From contig DAOTZA010000110.1 in assembly GCA_034434515.1 (NCBI GenBank), positions 20,429-84,428 on the forward strand: DNA of 64,000 bases, given 5' to 3'. The stretch is from Anaerolineales bacterium. Lineage in GTDB: Bacteria > Chloroflexota > Anaerolineae > Anaerolineales > UBA4823. Shown here piece after piece: positions 56,130-64,000 of this stretch. The notes beneath the pieces are model-generated. The model was not told the origin of the DNA. It did not search any database and saw nothing but the letters and a program-made list of their open reading frames with translations. The position numbers and the translations under genes are program-made. Position 1 is the first letter of the stretch. Each line of letters opens with the position of its first letter.

Positions 56130-57593
56130 TTAAGGGTTCCGCCACTTCCGTCCATCCCGTTGAATAAACTCATCTACCCCGCTCGGACCCCACGTTCCGG
56201 CTTCATAGACGGGCAGGTTCTTTACTCCGGCCTTTTCCCACGCCTCTAGAATGTTGGTAGTAAATCTCCAGGCTGCTTCAACCTCATCGGCTCTGGTAAA
56301 AAGAGTGGCATCTCCCATCATTACATCCAGAAGCAACCGCTCATAAGCTTCTGGCGGTTCGCTACCAAAGGTCGAGACATAATCAAACGACATATTGACC
56401 GGAGCGATCTGATTAATCGGGCCAGGTGCTTTTGCCCCAAACGTCAAGGTGATCCCCTCATCCGGTTGGATGCAGAGGATCAATTGATTGGGAGCATCCC
56501 CTGCCATATTCCGCCAACCGAATAAAGAGAGAGGCACTTGTTTATACTGAATGACAATTTCGGTCACGCTCTTTGGCAGTCTTTTCCCAGAACGGATATA
56601 AAATGGCACTCCTGCCCATCGCCAATTATCGATAAACAGTCGCATGGCAAGAAATGTCTCGGTAGTAGAATCGATTGCCACTCCTTTCTCGTCCTTATAT
56701 CCGATAACCCGTTTTCCATCAATCAATCCGGAGACATACTGTCCACGGAAAGTATTCAGGAGGGCGTCTTCACCTTTATAAGGGCGGAGCGCTTGTAGCA
56801 CTTTAATTTTTTCATCCCGCACTGCATCAGCCGTAAAGGATACTGGCGCTTCCATTGCGGTTAGGGTAAGCAATTGTAAGAGATGATTTTGAAAAATGTC
56901 GCGGATTACGCCCGCCTGTTCATAATAGCCCGCTCGATTGCCAACCCCAGCGGTCTCCGCCATGAGGATTTGGACATGATCGACATAGCGGCGATTCCAC
57001 AAGGGCTCGAAAATGCCATTCGCGAATCGAAAGACTAAGATATTCTGGACCGTTTCTTTCCCTAAGTAGTGATCTATGCGAAAGATTTGATCCTCCTCAA
57101 AAACTTCATGGACTTTTTCATCGAGAATCATTGCAGAAGCCAAATCCCGTCCATAAGGTTTCTCAATGACCACTCGTACCCATCCTCCAAAATCGCGCCT
57201 AAGGTCTGCAGTTTTGATTCCCTGCAAGATTTGCAAATAAGCATCCGGTGGCGCAGCAAAATAATACAGCACATTGACGATCTGTTTTTCCTTGAGGATT
57301 TGCTTTAGCTTAAGATAACCTTCCCAATTCTGAAAATCAGATTGAATATAAAAGCAATTCTCTAATACAGATAGCTCCTTCCCCGGTTCATTCTCATCTT
57401 CTGCTTGCCGAACCGACTCCATTAACTTTTGACGTAAGATTTCATCCGTCCATTCCCGTCGTGCAAAACCAATGATAGAGAAAGGTTTCGGTAAACGGTC
57501 GTTTCGATGCAGGTGATCTAAGGCGGGTATCAATTTGCGCGCTGTCAAATCTCCCGTTACTCCAAAAATTACGATAGCCGTCGAGTTTTCCAT
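56130..57593 (-). CDS. zwf: glucose-6-phosphate 1-dehydrogenase
   Basis: [15 protein letters not shown] motif, the RIDHYLGKE active-site nonapeptide, and EKP motif. Confidence 0.93.
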   Translation of the reverse strand: MENSTAIVIFGVTGDLTARKLIPALDHLHRNDRLPKPFSIIGFARREWTDEILRQKLMESVRQAEDENEPGKELSVLENCFYIQSDFQNWEGYLKLKQILKEKQIVNVLYYFAAPPDAYLQILQGIKTADLRRDFGGWVRVVIEKPYGRDLASAMILDEKVHEVFEEDQIFRIDHYLGKETVQNILVFRFANGIFEPLWNRRYVDHVQILMAETAGVGNRAGYYEQAGVIRDIFQNHLLQLLTLTAMEAPVSFTADAVRDEKIKVLQALRPYKGEDALLNTFRGQYVSGLIDGKRVIGYKDEKGVAIDSTTETFLAMRLFIDNWRWAGVPFYIRSGKRLPKSVTEIVIQYKQVPLSLFGWRNMAGDAPNQLILCIQPDEGITLTFGAKAPGPINQIAPVNMSFDYVSTFGSEPPEAYERLLLDVMMGDATLFTRADEVEAAWRFTTNILEAWEKAGVKNLPVYEAGTWGPSGVDEFIQRDGRKWRNP

Positions 57594-57836
57594 GGTTAGT
57601 TTTTATTTTCAATCAAAATTGTTTTGTTATGTATGTCAAAATAGCTTTATGCTATTTGTAACTGTGCAATTCTACTATTCTTTTCTATACTACTTAGTGT
57701 TTATTGAGCGGTATTGTCGTATTTTATCTTAATAGTTGTTCCTTGCACGAGCGATGATCATACGCCAAGTTTCAATCCCATATTCAGCAAGCCAGATGTC
57801 TTGCCATAATCCACAAAACCCAGAAGGAGGTGCTCA

Positions 57837-58424
57837 TTGTCATCCGTAAGCGTTTCTCCAACTCAGGAAGGGAGCCGGCAAAAAACGTTTCTCGAAGAGG
57901 TCATCGAAAACACCCCAGGAGATTGCCACTTGCTTAATTGTATTCAATGTGGCACTTGTGGGGGCTCTTGCCCCTCCGGTCAGGATATGGATCACACCCC
58001 GCGGGCGCTTTTTGCGATGATCTCCGCCGGGCTCAAGAAAGAAGTCCTAAAGAGCAATACCCCCTGGTATTGCGTGTCGTGCTATTACTGCACCGTACGT
58101 TGCCCTCAGTCGGTTCATATCACTGACATCATGTATACTCTCAAACGCTTAGCCGTCAAGGAAAGAGTCTATGACGACTCAAAAGCTCCAGACTTCTCAA
58201 AAACCTTTATCGATTGGGTCGAGAATTACGGTCGGGCTTTTGAGCTCGGTTTGATGTCTATGCATATGATTAAGCATAATCCATTTGGCGTTTTCAAGAT
58301 GGCCGGCATGGGGATGGGAATGATTTCTAAGGGGCGCATGGCATTTACCCCTACCCGGATTAAGGGCATAGATAGCCTAAAAGCCATATTGAACAAAGCC
58401 AAAGAATTGGAGGCAATGGCATGA
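57837..58424 (+). CDS. hdrC: heterodisulfide reductase subunit C-like (2x[4Fe-4S])
   Basis: CIQCGTCGGSCP and CVSCYYCTVRCP cluster motifs. TTG start 7 nt after GGAGG. Confidence 0.85.
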   Translation: MSSVSVSPTQEGSRQKTFLEEVIENTPGDCHLLNCIQCGTCGGSCPSGQDMDHTPRALFAMISAGLKKEVLKSNTPWYCVSCYYCTVRCPQSVHITDIMYTLKRLAVKERVYDDSKAPDFSKTFIDWVENYGRAFELGLMSMHMIKHNPFGVFKMAGMGMGMISKGRMAFTPTRIKGIDSLKAILNKAKELEAMA

Positions 58425-59389
58425 AATATAGCTACTTTCCCGGTTGTTCATTAGAACGTAACGCATCGGCATACCATATCTCCGCCATGGCGATTGCGGA
58501 GCCGCTTGGCATGGAATTTGTCGAGGTCGAAGACTGGAACTGCTGTGGAGCAACAGAATACGTCTCATTAAATCTCACTGCTTCCTATGCGCTAATTGCC
58601 CGCAATCTGGCTCAAGCGGCAAAAGAGACCAGTACAAGACAACTGGTGGCTCCCTGCAGTGCTTGTTACCTAAATCTCAAAAAGTGCGATTCTTACATGG
58701 AGGAAAGCCCCTCCCTTGAGGAAAAAATCAATACGGCTTTAGCTGCCGGCGGCTTATCCTATAAAGGTGGAACATTAAAAGTTCGCCATTTATTGGATGT
58801 AGTCGTCAACGATGTAGGCTATGAGGCAATTGCCGCAAAGGTGACCAAACCATTAAAGGGATTGCGAGTGGCTCCCTACTACGGATGCATGATTGTCCGT
58901 CCGAAACTGGGCGAAAACGGCACTTTCGACAACCCCGAATATCCGACAACGCTGGATAAACTTCTGAAAGTGCTTGGCGCCACGGTTATTGACTTTCCTC
59001 TAAAAGCTCATTGTTGCGGCGGTCACATGACCCAAATCAGTGAGGGTACCGGATTTGAACTCATCCGGCGACTCATTAAAGGCGCAACAGACTATAAGGC
59101 AGATCTCATCGTAACCCTATGTCCTATGTGCCAGCTCAACCTGGATGCCTTCCAAGGGGCAATGAATTCGCATTTCAACACAAACTATCACATGCCTGTC
59201 CTGTACTTTACCCAGATGATTGGCTTAGCCTTTGGTATGGACGCGGCTAGCTTAGGCATCGGAACAGAGCTGGTCGATGCTCGGGATGCCCTATCGAAAA
59301 TCGGTGTTGAAGTGCCAGAAGCGGAATTGGTGGTAAAGAAACCCCCCAAAGAAGCGCTCCCCATGCCATCTCTGCCGGAGGAGAAATAA
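58421..59389 (+). CDS. hdrB: heterodisulfide reductase subunit B-like (two CCG domains)
   Basis: YFPGCS...NCCGA and YYGC...HCCGGH...CPMCQ, the duplicated CCG motif. ATGA overlap with hdrC. Confidence 0.88.
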   Translation: MKYSYFPGCSLERNASAYHISAMAIAEPLGMEFVEVEDWNCCGATEYVSLNLTASYALIARNLAQAAKETSTRQLVAPCSACYLNLKKCDSYMEESPSLEEKINTALAAGGLSYKGGTLKVRHLLDVVVNDVGYEAIAAKVTKPLKGLRVAPYYGCMIVRPKLGENGTFDNPEYPTTLDKLLKVLGATVIDFPLKAHCCGGHMTQISEGTGFELIRRLIKGATDYKADLIVTLCPMCQLNLDAFQGAMNSHFNTNYHMPVLYFTQMIGLAFGMDAASLGIGTELVDARDALSKIGVEVPEAELVVKKPPKEALPMPSLPEEK

Positions 59390-59392
59390 GCC

Positions 59393-61402
59393 ATGGAAAA
59401 AGAACGAATTGGAGTTTATATTTGTCACTGTGGTAGCAATATCGCTGGAACGGTAGATGTTGCCGAGGTATCTCGCTGGGCAGGTGAAGCCCTCAAAGAT
59501 CGCGGTGTCGTCGTCTCGCGCGATTACAAATTCATGTGCTCCAGCCTTGGGCAGGAGCTAATCCAGAAAGACATCAAGGAGCAGGGGTTGACTCGGGTGG
59601 TGGTTGCGGCCTGTTCCCCACACCTTCACGAGCAAACTTTCCGGAATGCCTGTAAAGAAGGTGGACTCAATCCCTACTTATGCGAGTTAGTGTCGATCCG
59701 TGAGCAATGCTCCTGGATTCACCCAGACAAAGCGGTTGGCACTGAGAAAGCCAAGGCAATCGTCTCAGGTGGCGTCGAAAAAGTCATTTGGGATGAACCT
59801 CTGGAGCCTTTACGCGTTCCGATTAATCCGGTCACGCTGGTAGTCGGTGGAGGCATCGCCGGCATTCAGGCTGCTCTTGAAGTTGCCAATGCAGGTTATC
59901 CGGTAATTATGGTCGAAAGAGAACCATCAATCGGTGGACATATGGCTCAATTCGACAAAACCTTCCCCACTTTGGATTGCTCAGCCTGTATTTTGACACC
60001 GCGCATGGTCGAAGTTGGTTCTCATCCAAACGTTAAGCTATTTAGCTACGCAGAGGTAACCAACGTCAGCGGTTACGTCGGCAACTTCCAGGTCACCATC
60101 AAGCAAAAAGCACGCTCGGTCAACACGGACCTTTGCACCGGTTGCGGCATCTGTCAGGAAAAATGTCCAAAGAAAGTTATCGACCCCGTCTTTGAAGCTG
60201 GCTTAGGATATCGAAAGGCCGTTTACACGCCTTTCCCACAAGCCGTGCCAAAGTACCCGGTGATCGATCGGGAAAATTGCACTTACTTCATAAAGGGTAC
60301 TTGCAGAGCCTGTGAGAAGTTCTGCCCGACCGGAGCAATTGATTTTACCCAGGAAGACGAATTCTTTACCTTTGATGTAGGGCAAATCATTCTTGCAACC
60401 GGCTGGGATCTATTCGATGCCCGCCGCATTCCTCAGTATGGCTACGGACGTCTCGCAAACGTCTTTACCAGCCTTGAGTTTGAACGGCTCTCCAATGCCG
60501 CCGGTCCCACGGGCGGAAAAATTGTCTTACGGGACGGGGTGACCGTGCCGAAATCTGTGGCGATCATTCACTGCGTAGGCAGCCGCGACAAAAATTACAA
60601 CCCCTATTGTTCAGCGATCTGCTGTATGCAGAGTTTGAAGTTCGCTCACCTGGTGCATGAACGTACCGGTGCAGAAGTTTATAACTTTTATATTGATATG
60701 CGCACCCCAGCTAAGGGCTACGAAGAATTCTATCAGCGGCTACTGGAAGAGGGAACGCATTTCATCCGGGGTAAAGTGGCTGAAATCACCGATGCAGCCC
60801 GATATCCCGGTGAGGAAGGAAAACTGATTGTTCAGGCTGAGAATACCCTGTTTGGGAAACAAATGCGCGTGCCAGTAGATATGGTCATCCTTTCTGCAGC
60901 CCTTGAACCTCGGCATGACTTTAAGGAAGTAGCAAGACTTTTTGGCATTTCCTGCAGCGAGGAAGGTTGGCTTATTGAGCGCCATCCCAAGCTCGATCCG
61001 GTGGCAACCATGACAGAAGGAATTTACATTGCCGGTTGCGCCCAAGGTCCAAAAGACATCCCCGCCAGTGTTGCCCAAGGTGCCGCAGCAGCCGCTCGTG
61101 TTGTGGGCAAAATTCAACAAAAAGAGATTACTATGGAGCCAATTCGGGCCTCGATCGATCAAGATAAATGCTCTGGTTGTCGCATCTGTAATAACCTGTG
61201 TCCATTCAATGCCATTAGCTTCATTGAAGATCGGATGGTTTCTGAAGTGAATCCTGCCCTATGTCAAGGCTGCGGTACCTGTGTAGCTGCGTGTCCAGCA
61301 GGTGCAATTTCCGGAACGGTCTTTAGCGATCAGGCTATCTTGGCTCAATTAGATGGCTTACTACTTAACAATGTCAAAGCCATTGACCTGACGCCCGCAT
61401 AA
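59393..61402 (+). CDS. hdrA: heterodisulfide reductase subunit A-like flavoprotein
   Basis: N-terminal CHCGSNI cluster motif, FAD fold VVGGGIAGIQAALE, and inserted and C-terminal ferredoxin motifs (CTGCGICQEKCP, CSGCRICNNLCP, CQGCGTCVAACP). Confidence 0.9.
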   Translation: MEKERIGVYICHCGSNIAGTVDVAEVSRWAGEALKDRGVVVSRDYKFMCSSLGQELIQKDIKEQGLTRVVVAACSPHLHEQTFRNACKEGGLNPYLCELVSIREQCSWIHPDKAVGTEKAKAIVSGGVEKVIWDEPLEPLRVPINPVTLVVGGGIAGIQAALEVANAGYPVIMVEREPSIGGHMAQFDKTFPTLDCSACILTPRMVEVGSHPNVKLFSYAEVTNVSGYVGNFQVTIKQKARSVNTDLCTGCGICQEKCPKKVIDPVFEAGLGYRKAVYTPFPQAVPKYPVIDRENCTYFIKGTCRACEKFCPTGAIDFTQEDEFFTFDVGQIILATGWDLFDARRIPQYGYGRLANVFTSLEFERLSNAAGPTGGKIVLRDGVTVPKSVAIIHCVGSRDKNYNPYCSAICCMQSLKFAHLVHERTGAEVYNFYIDMRTPAKGYEEFYQRLLEEGTHFIRGKVAEITDAARYPGEEGKLIVQAENTLFGKQMRVPVDMVILSAALEPRHDFKEVARLFGISCSEEGWLIERHPKLDPVATMTEGIYIAGCAQGPKDIPASVAQGAAAAARVVGKIQQKEITMEPIRASIDQDKCSGCRICNNLCPFNAISFIEDRMVSEVNPALCQGCGTCVAACPAGAISGTVFSDQAILAQLDGLLLNNVKAIDLTPA

Positions 61403-61419
61403 TTGTGAGGAGGATAGGA

Positions 61420-61887
61420 ATGAGTGAACAATTTGAACCTGTGATCATCGGTTTCACCTGCAACTGGTGTAGTTATCGCGCCGCAGATATGGCCGGCATG
61501 GGGCGGATCAAGTACGCCCCCAATGTCCGTTTGATTCGCCTGATGTGTTCGGGACGGCTTGACCCAACCTTTGTAATCAAGGCTTTTGCTGGCGGCGCCG
61601 ATGGCGTTTTGGTATCTGGTTGCCATCCAGGAGACTGCCATTATATTGAGCAAAATTACAAAGCAATGCGTCGCTTCTATTTGCTGAAAAAACTGCTCAC
61701 CCAAATGGGCATTGAACCAGGCCGATTAAAACTCCTCTGGGCAAGTGCTGCAGAAGGGCAAATCTTTGCCGATGAAGTAACAAGATTCACCGAAGAAGTG
61801 CGCGCCTTGGGTCCGCTTCACTGGAATCCAACAGCCGCCCTGGAAGCTGAACTAAAAATCCACGAACCAGCGGAGGTGGTAGCATGA
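61420..61887 (+). CDS. mvhD: MvhD-type iron-sulfur subunit (methyl-viologen-reducing hydrogenase delta)
   Basis: IIGFTCNWCSY...RLMCSGR...SGCHPGDCHY is the MvhD/FlpD signature. GGAGG precedes ATG 61420. Confidence 0.88.
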   Translation: MSEQFEPVIIGFTCNWCSYRAADMAGMGRIKYAPNVRLIRLMCSGRLDPTFVIKAFAGGADGVLVSGCHPGDCHYIEQNYKAMRRFYLLKKLLTQMGIEPGRLKLLWASAAEGQIFADEVTRFTEEVRALGPLHWNPTAALEAELKIHEPAEVVA

Positions 61888-62873
61888 CCTCGAACGGTAA
61901 ACCAAAATTTGCCATGTACTGGGCAGCCTCATGCGGCGGCTGCGAGATCGCCGTCTTGAATATTCATGAAAAAATTCTGGATGTAGATGCAAACTTTGAG
62001 GTGGTCTTCTGGCCGGTTGCCATGGACGCCAAATACAAAGATGTCGAAGCCATGGAAGATGGCTCAATCCTGCTCACTTTATTCAACGGAGCCATTCGCA
62101 ACGACGAGAATGAACATATCGCCAAACTGTTACGGAAGAAATCTCAAATCCTGGTAGCTTTTGGCTCCTGTGCAACCGAAGGTTGTATGCCAGCTTTAGC
62201 GAATCTAACTCCAATCGAAGAGGTATTTGAAACTGCTTATTCAACGATCTCAACCGACAATCCTCAAAAAATCCATCCCCAGCCGGTCTATCAGGCTGCT
62301 GAGGGCGAACTTACGATCCCCAAACTCTATCCGATTGTGCGCACACTGGATCAGGTAGTGGATGTGGATTACTATATGCCGGGTTGTCCACCTGAATCTC
62401 ATCAAATTGCGGCTGTGATCGACTTAGTTATCGATGTCTTACAAGGTAAAGCAGTCTTGCCCCCTAAGGGCTCAACCATCGGCGCGGGCGGTTCTACTGT
62501 CTGTGACGATTGTCCGCGCAAGCGAGATGTCAAGAAAATCCGCGAGTTCAAACGCATTCAGGACATCATGCTTGATCCCGAAATCTGCATCCTGGAGCAA
62601 GGTGTGATTTGCAGTGGGCCCGCAACTCGCAATGGTTGTGGCGCTTTGTGCCCCAAAGCTGGCTCACCCTGCATCGGCTGCTATGGACCGGCGGAAGGGG
62701 TTCTGGATTACGGCGCAAGATTGCTGACGGCTGTTGCTTCGGTCATCGATAGCAACGATCCCGACGAAATTGAGCGCATCATCGAGGGCATCCCCGATCC
62801 GGCTGGAATGTTTTATCGTTTCAACCTGGGTGGCTCGTTACTCCGAGCCAGTAAAGCTGCCTGGGCAAAATAA
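61884..62873 (+). CDS. mvhG: [NiFe] hydrogenase small subunit, cytoplasmic MvhG-like
   Basis: AASCGGCE proximal-cluster motif, GSCA, and the later CPR/CxxC groups. No twin-arginine signal at the N-terminus. Confidence 0.85.
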   Translation: MTSNGKPKFAMYWAASCGGCEIAVLNIHEKILDVDANFEVVFWPVAMDAKYKDVEAMEDGSILLTLFNGAIRNDENEHIAKLLRKKSQILVAFGSCATEGCMPALANLTPIEEVFETAYSTISTDNPQKIHPQPVYQAAEGELTIPKLYPIVRTLDQVVDVDYYMPGCPPESHQIAAVIDLVIDVLQGKAVLPPKGSTIGAGGSTVCDDCPRKRDVKKIREFKRIQDIMLDPEICILEQGVICSGPATRNGCGALCPKAGSPCIGCYGPAEGVLDYGARLLTAVASVIDSNDPDEIERIIEGIPDPAGMFYRFNLGGSLLRASKAAWAK

Positions 62874-62883
62874 GGAGGTACAC

Positions 62884-64000
62884 ATGCAACGAATTACAAT
62901 TGATCCAATCACCCGCCTGGAAGGGCACGGCAAAATCGAAATCTTCCTTGATGAACAAGGCAATGTTGCCAACTCGTACTTCCAAATCCCAGAGCTGCGC
63001 GGCTTTGAGAGATTTTGTGTCGGCAGGCAAGTGGAAGAAATCCCGATCTTGACCAACCGAATTTGTGGCGTGTGCCCGGAAGCGCACCACATGGCAGGAG
63101 CCAAAGCCGTGGACGCAGTCTATCATGTTGACCCACCGAGAACGGCCAAAATGCTACGCGAATTGCTCTACAGCGCATTCTATGTCACCGATCACACGAC
63201 TCACTTTTACGCCCTTGCCGGACCAGACTTTGTCATGGGGCCAGACGCTCCCGTAGCAGAAAGGAACATCCTGGGTGTTATACATAAAGTTGGTCTAGAG
63301 ATTGGTGGAAAGGTCATTCAAGCCCGCAAATATGGTCATACGGTCGTCGAGATGATTGGTGGTCGGAAAGTTCACCCCTGCACCTCGATTCCAGGCGGTT
63401 TGACTAAAGGGATTACCGAAGAACAACGACAACAAATTGAGGAAATGGGGCGCTGGGCGGTAGATTTTGCTCTCTTTTCCTTAAAACTTTTCGATGAGAT
63501 TGTCCTCAAGAATTCCACCTATCTTGATTTGATCTTAGGAGATATCTACACTCATCGTACCTACTATATTGGTCTGGTCGATGAAAATAACAAAGTCAAT
63601 TTCTATGATGGCAAGGTGAGTGTCGTTGATCCTGAGGGCAACCGCATCGGTAAATATGCTCCCCACGAATACACCGAATGGATTGCTGAACATGTTGAGC
63701 CATGGACGTATCTCAAGTTCCCATACCTTAAGAAGGTGGGTTGGAAAGGCTTCGTTGACGGCAAGGAATCAGGGGTGTATATTGCGACTCCGCTTTCTCG
63801 TCTAAATGCCTCAGATGGCATGGCAACTCCCCGTGCCCAGGAAGAATACGAAAAATTCTACCAGACTTTGGGCGGTAAACCTGTGCATCAACGACTGGCA
63901 ACCCACTGGGCTCGCCTGATTGAATTGCTCTATGCAGCCGAACGGTGGGTGGAGTTAGCGACAGACCCCGAGATCACCAGCGATAATTTCCGTACTATTC
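62884..64000 (+). CDS. mvhA: [NiFe] hydrogenase large subunit, MvhA-like (3' end outside the window)
   Basis: Not in the ORF track because it runs off the window. I translated frame 62884 by hand: MQRITIDPITRLEGHGKIEI...NRICGVCPEAHH (RxEGH and L1 RxCGxCxxxH motifs). No stop occurs through position 64000. Confidence 0.9.
   Translation, partial: MQRITIDPITRLEGHGKIEIFLDEQGNVANSYFQIPELRGFERFCVGRQVEEIPILTNRICGVCPEAHHMAGAKAVDAVYHVDPPRTAKMLRELLYSAFYVTDHTTHFYALAGPDFVMGPDAPVAERNILGVIHKVGLEIGGKVIQARKYGHTVVEMIGGRKVHPCTSIPGGLTKGITEEQRQQIEEMGRWAVDFALFSLKLFDEIVLKNSTYLDLILGDIYTHRTYYIGLVDENNKVNFYDGKVSVVDPEGNRIGKYAPHEYTEWIAEHVEPWTYLKFPYLKKVGWKGFVDGKESGVYIATPLSRLNASDGMATPRAQEEYEKFYQTLGGKPVHQRLATHWARLIELLYAAERWVELATDPEITSDNFRTI

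Noticed and set aside
62821-63256. Several 60-100-aa ORFs on both strands within the last 1.2 kb
   Set aside because: They overlap the hand-translated mvhA frame (62884 to the window end). That frame carries unambiguous NiFe large-subunit motifs and has no stop.
59393-64000. Possible selenocysteine (in-frame TGA) recoding in HdrA, MvhD or the hydrogenase subunits, as seen in some methanogens
   Set aside because: All four reading frames are continuous without internal TGA, and the relevant positions encode Cys.
1-64000. Search for CRISPR arrays, rRNA genes, IS elements/transposases, toxin-antitoxin pairs or recognisable defence systems
   Set aside because: I saw no regularly spaced direct repeats, no rRNA-like stretches, no transposase-like ORFs and no typical defence gene motifs while reading through the ORF set and the intergenic regions. 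This was a by-eye scan, so short or degenerate repeats could have been missed.

Overview
This is a dense, mostly housekeeping 64-kb chromosomal segment from an anaerobic bacterium. The gene content and promoter style look Chloroflexota/Anaerolineae-like, but that is only an impression and cannot be established from the window. I support about 65 protein genes and 3 tRNAs (Leu-UAG, His-GUG, CAU). I saw no rRNA, CRISPR array or transposase.

Main blocks:
- A complete NiFe-hydrogenase maturation operon, hypA-B-F-C-D-E, preceded by tatA (1.5-7.6 kb, minus strand).
- trmFO, an M28 peptidase, an orphan histidine kinase and hflX.
- A Na+-translocating biotin-dependent acyl-CoA decarboxylase operon next to an AspC-type aminotransferase and ATP-dependent PEP carboxykinase (12.7-19.2 kb).
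- A tyrosine recombinase and an unknown gene beside tRNA-Leu, in a visibly AT-richer patch.
- tig-clpP, rlmN, a NIL/PP2C-like/P-loop trio, secDF, murA, trxA, scpA, and hisS with tRNA-His.
- A methanogen-type hdrC-hdrB-hdrA-mvhD-mvhG-mvhA hydrogenase/heterodisulfide-reductase cluster running off the right edge.

The most interesting locus is at 37.3-43.1 kb on the minus strand. An unannotated 25-codon, threonine-rich leader ORF with mutually exclusive terminator and antiterminator pairings sits in front of three ATGA-coupled genes. These encode a divergent class I/II aminotransferase, a 959-aa fusion of a GshA-like ATP-dependent ligase to an M20 amidohydrolase, and an aspartokinase. I cannot assign this combination to a described pathway.

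Several genes also have a near-consensus promoter placed 7-10 nt before the start codon, which suggests frequent leaderless mRNAs. All functional calls rest on motifs read by eye. No database search was run.
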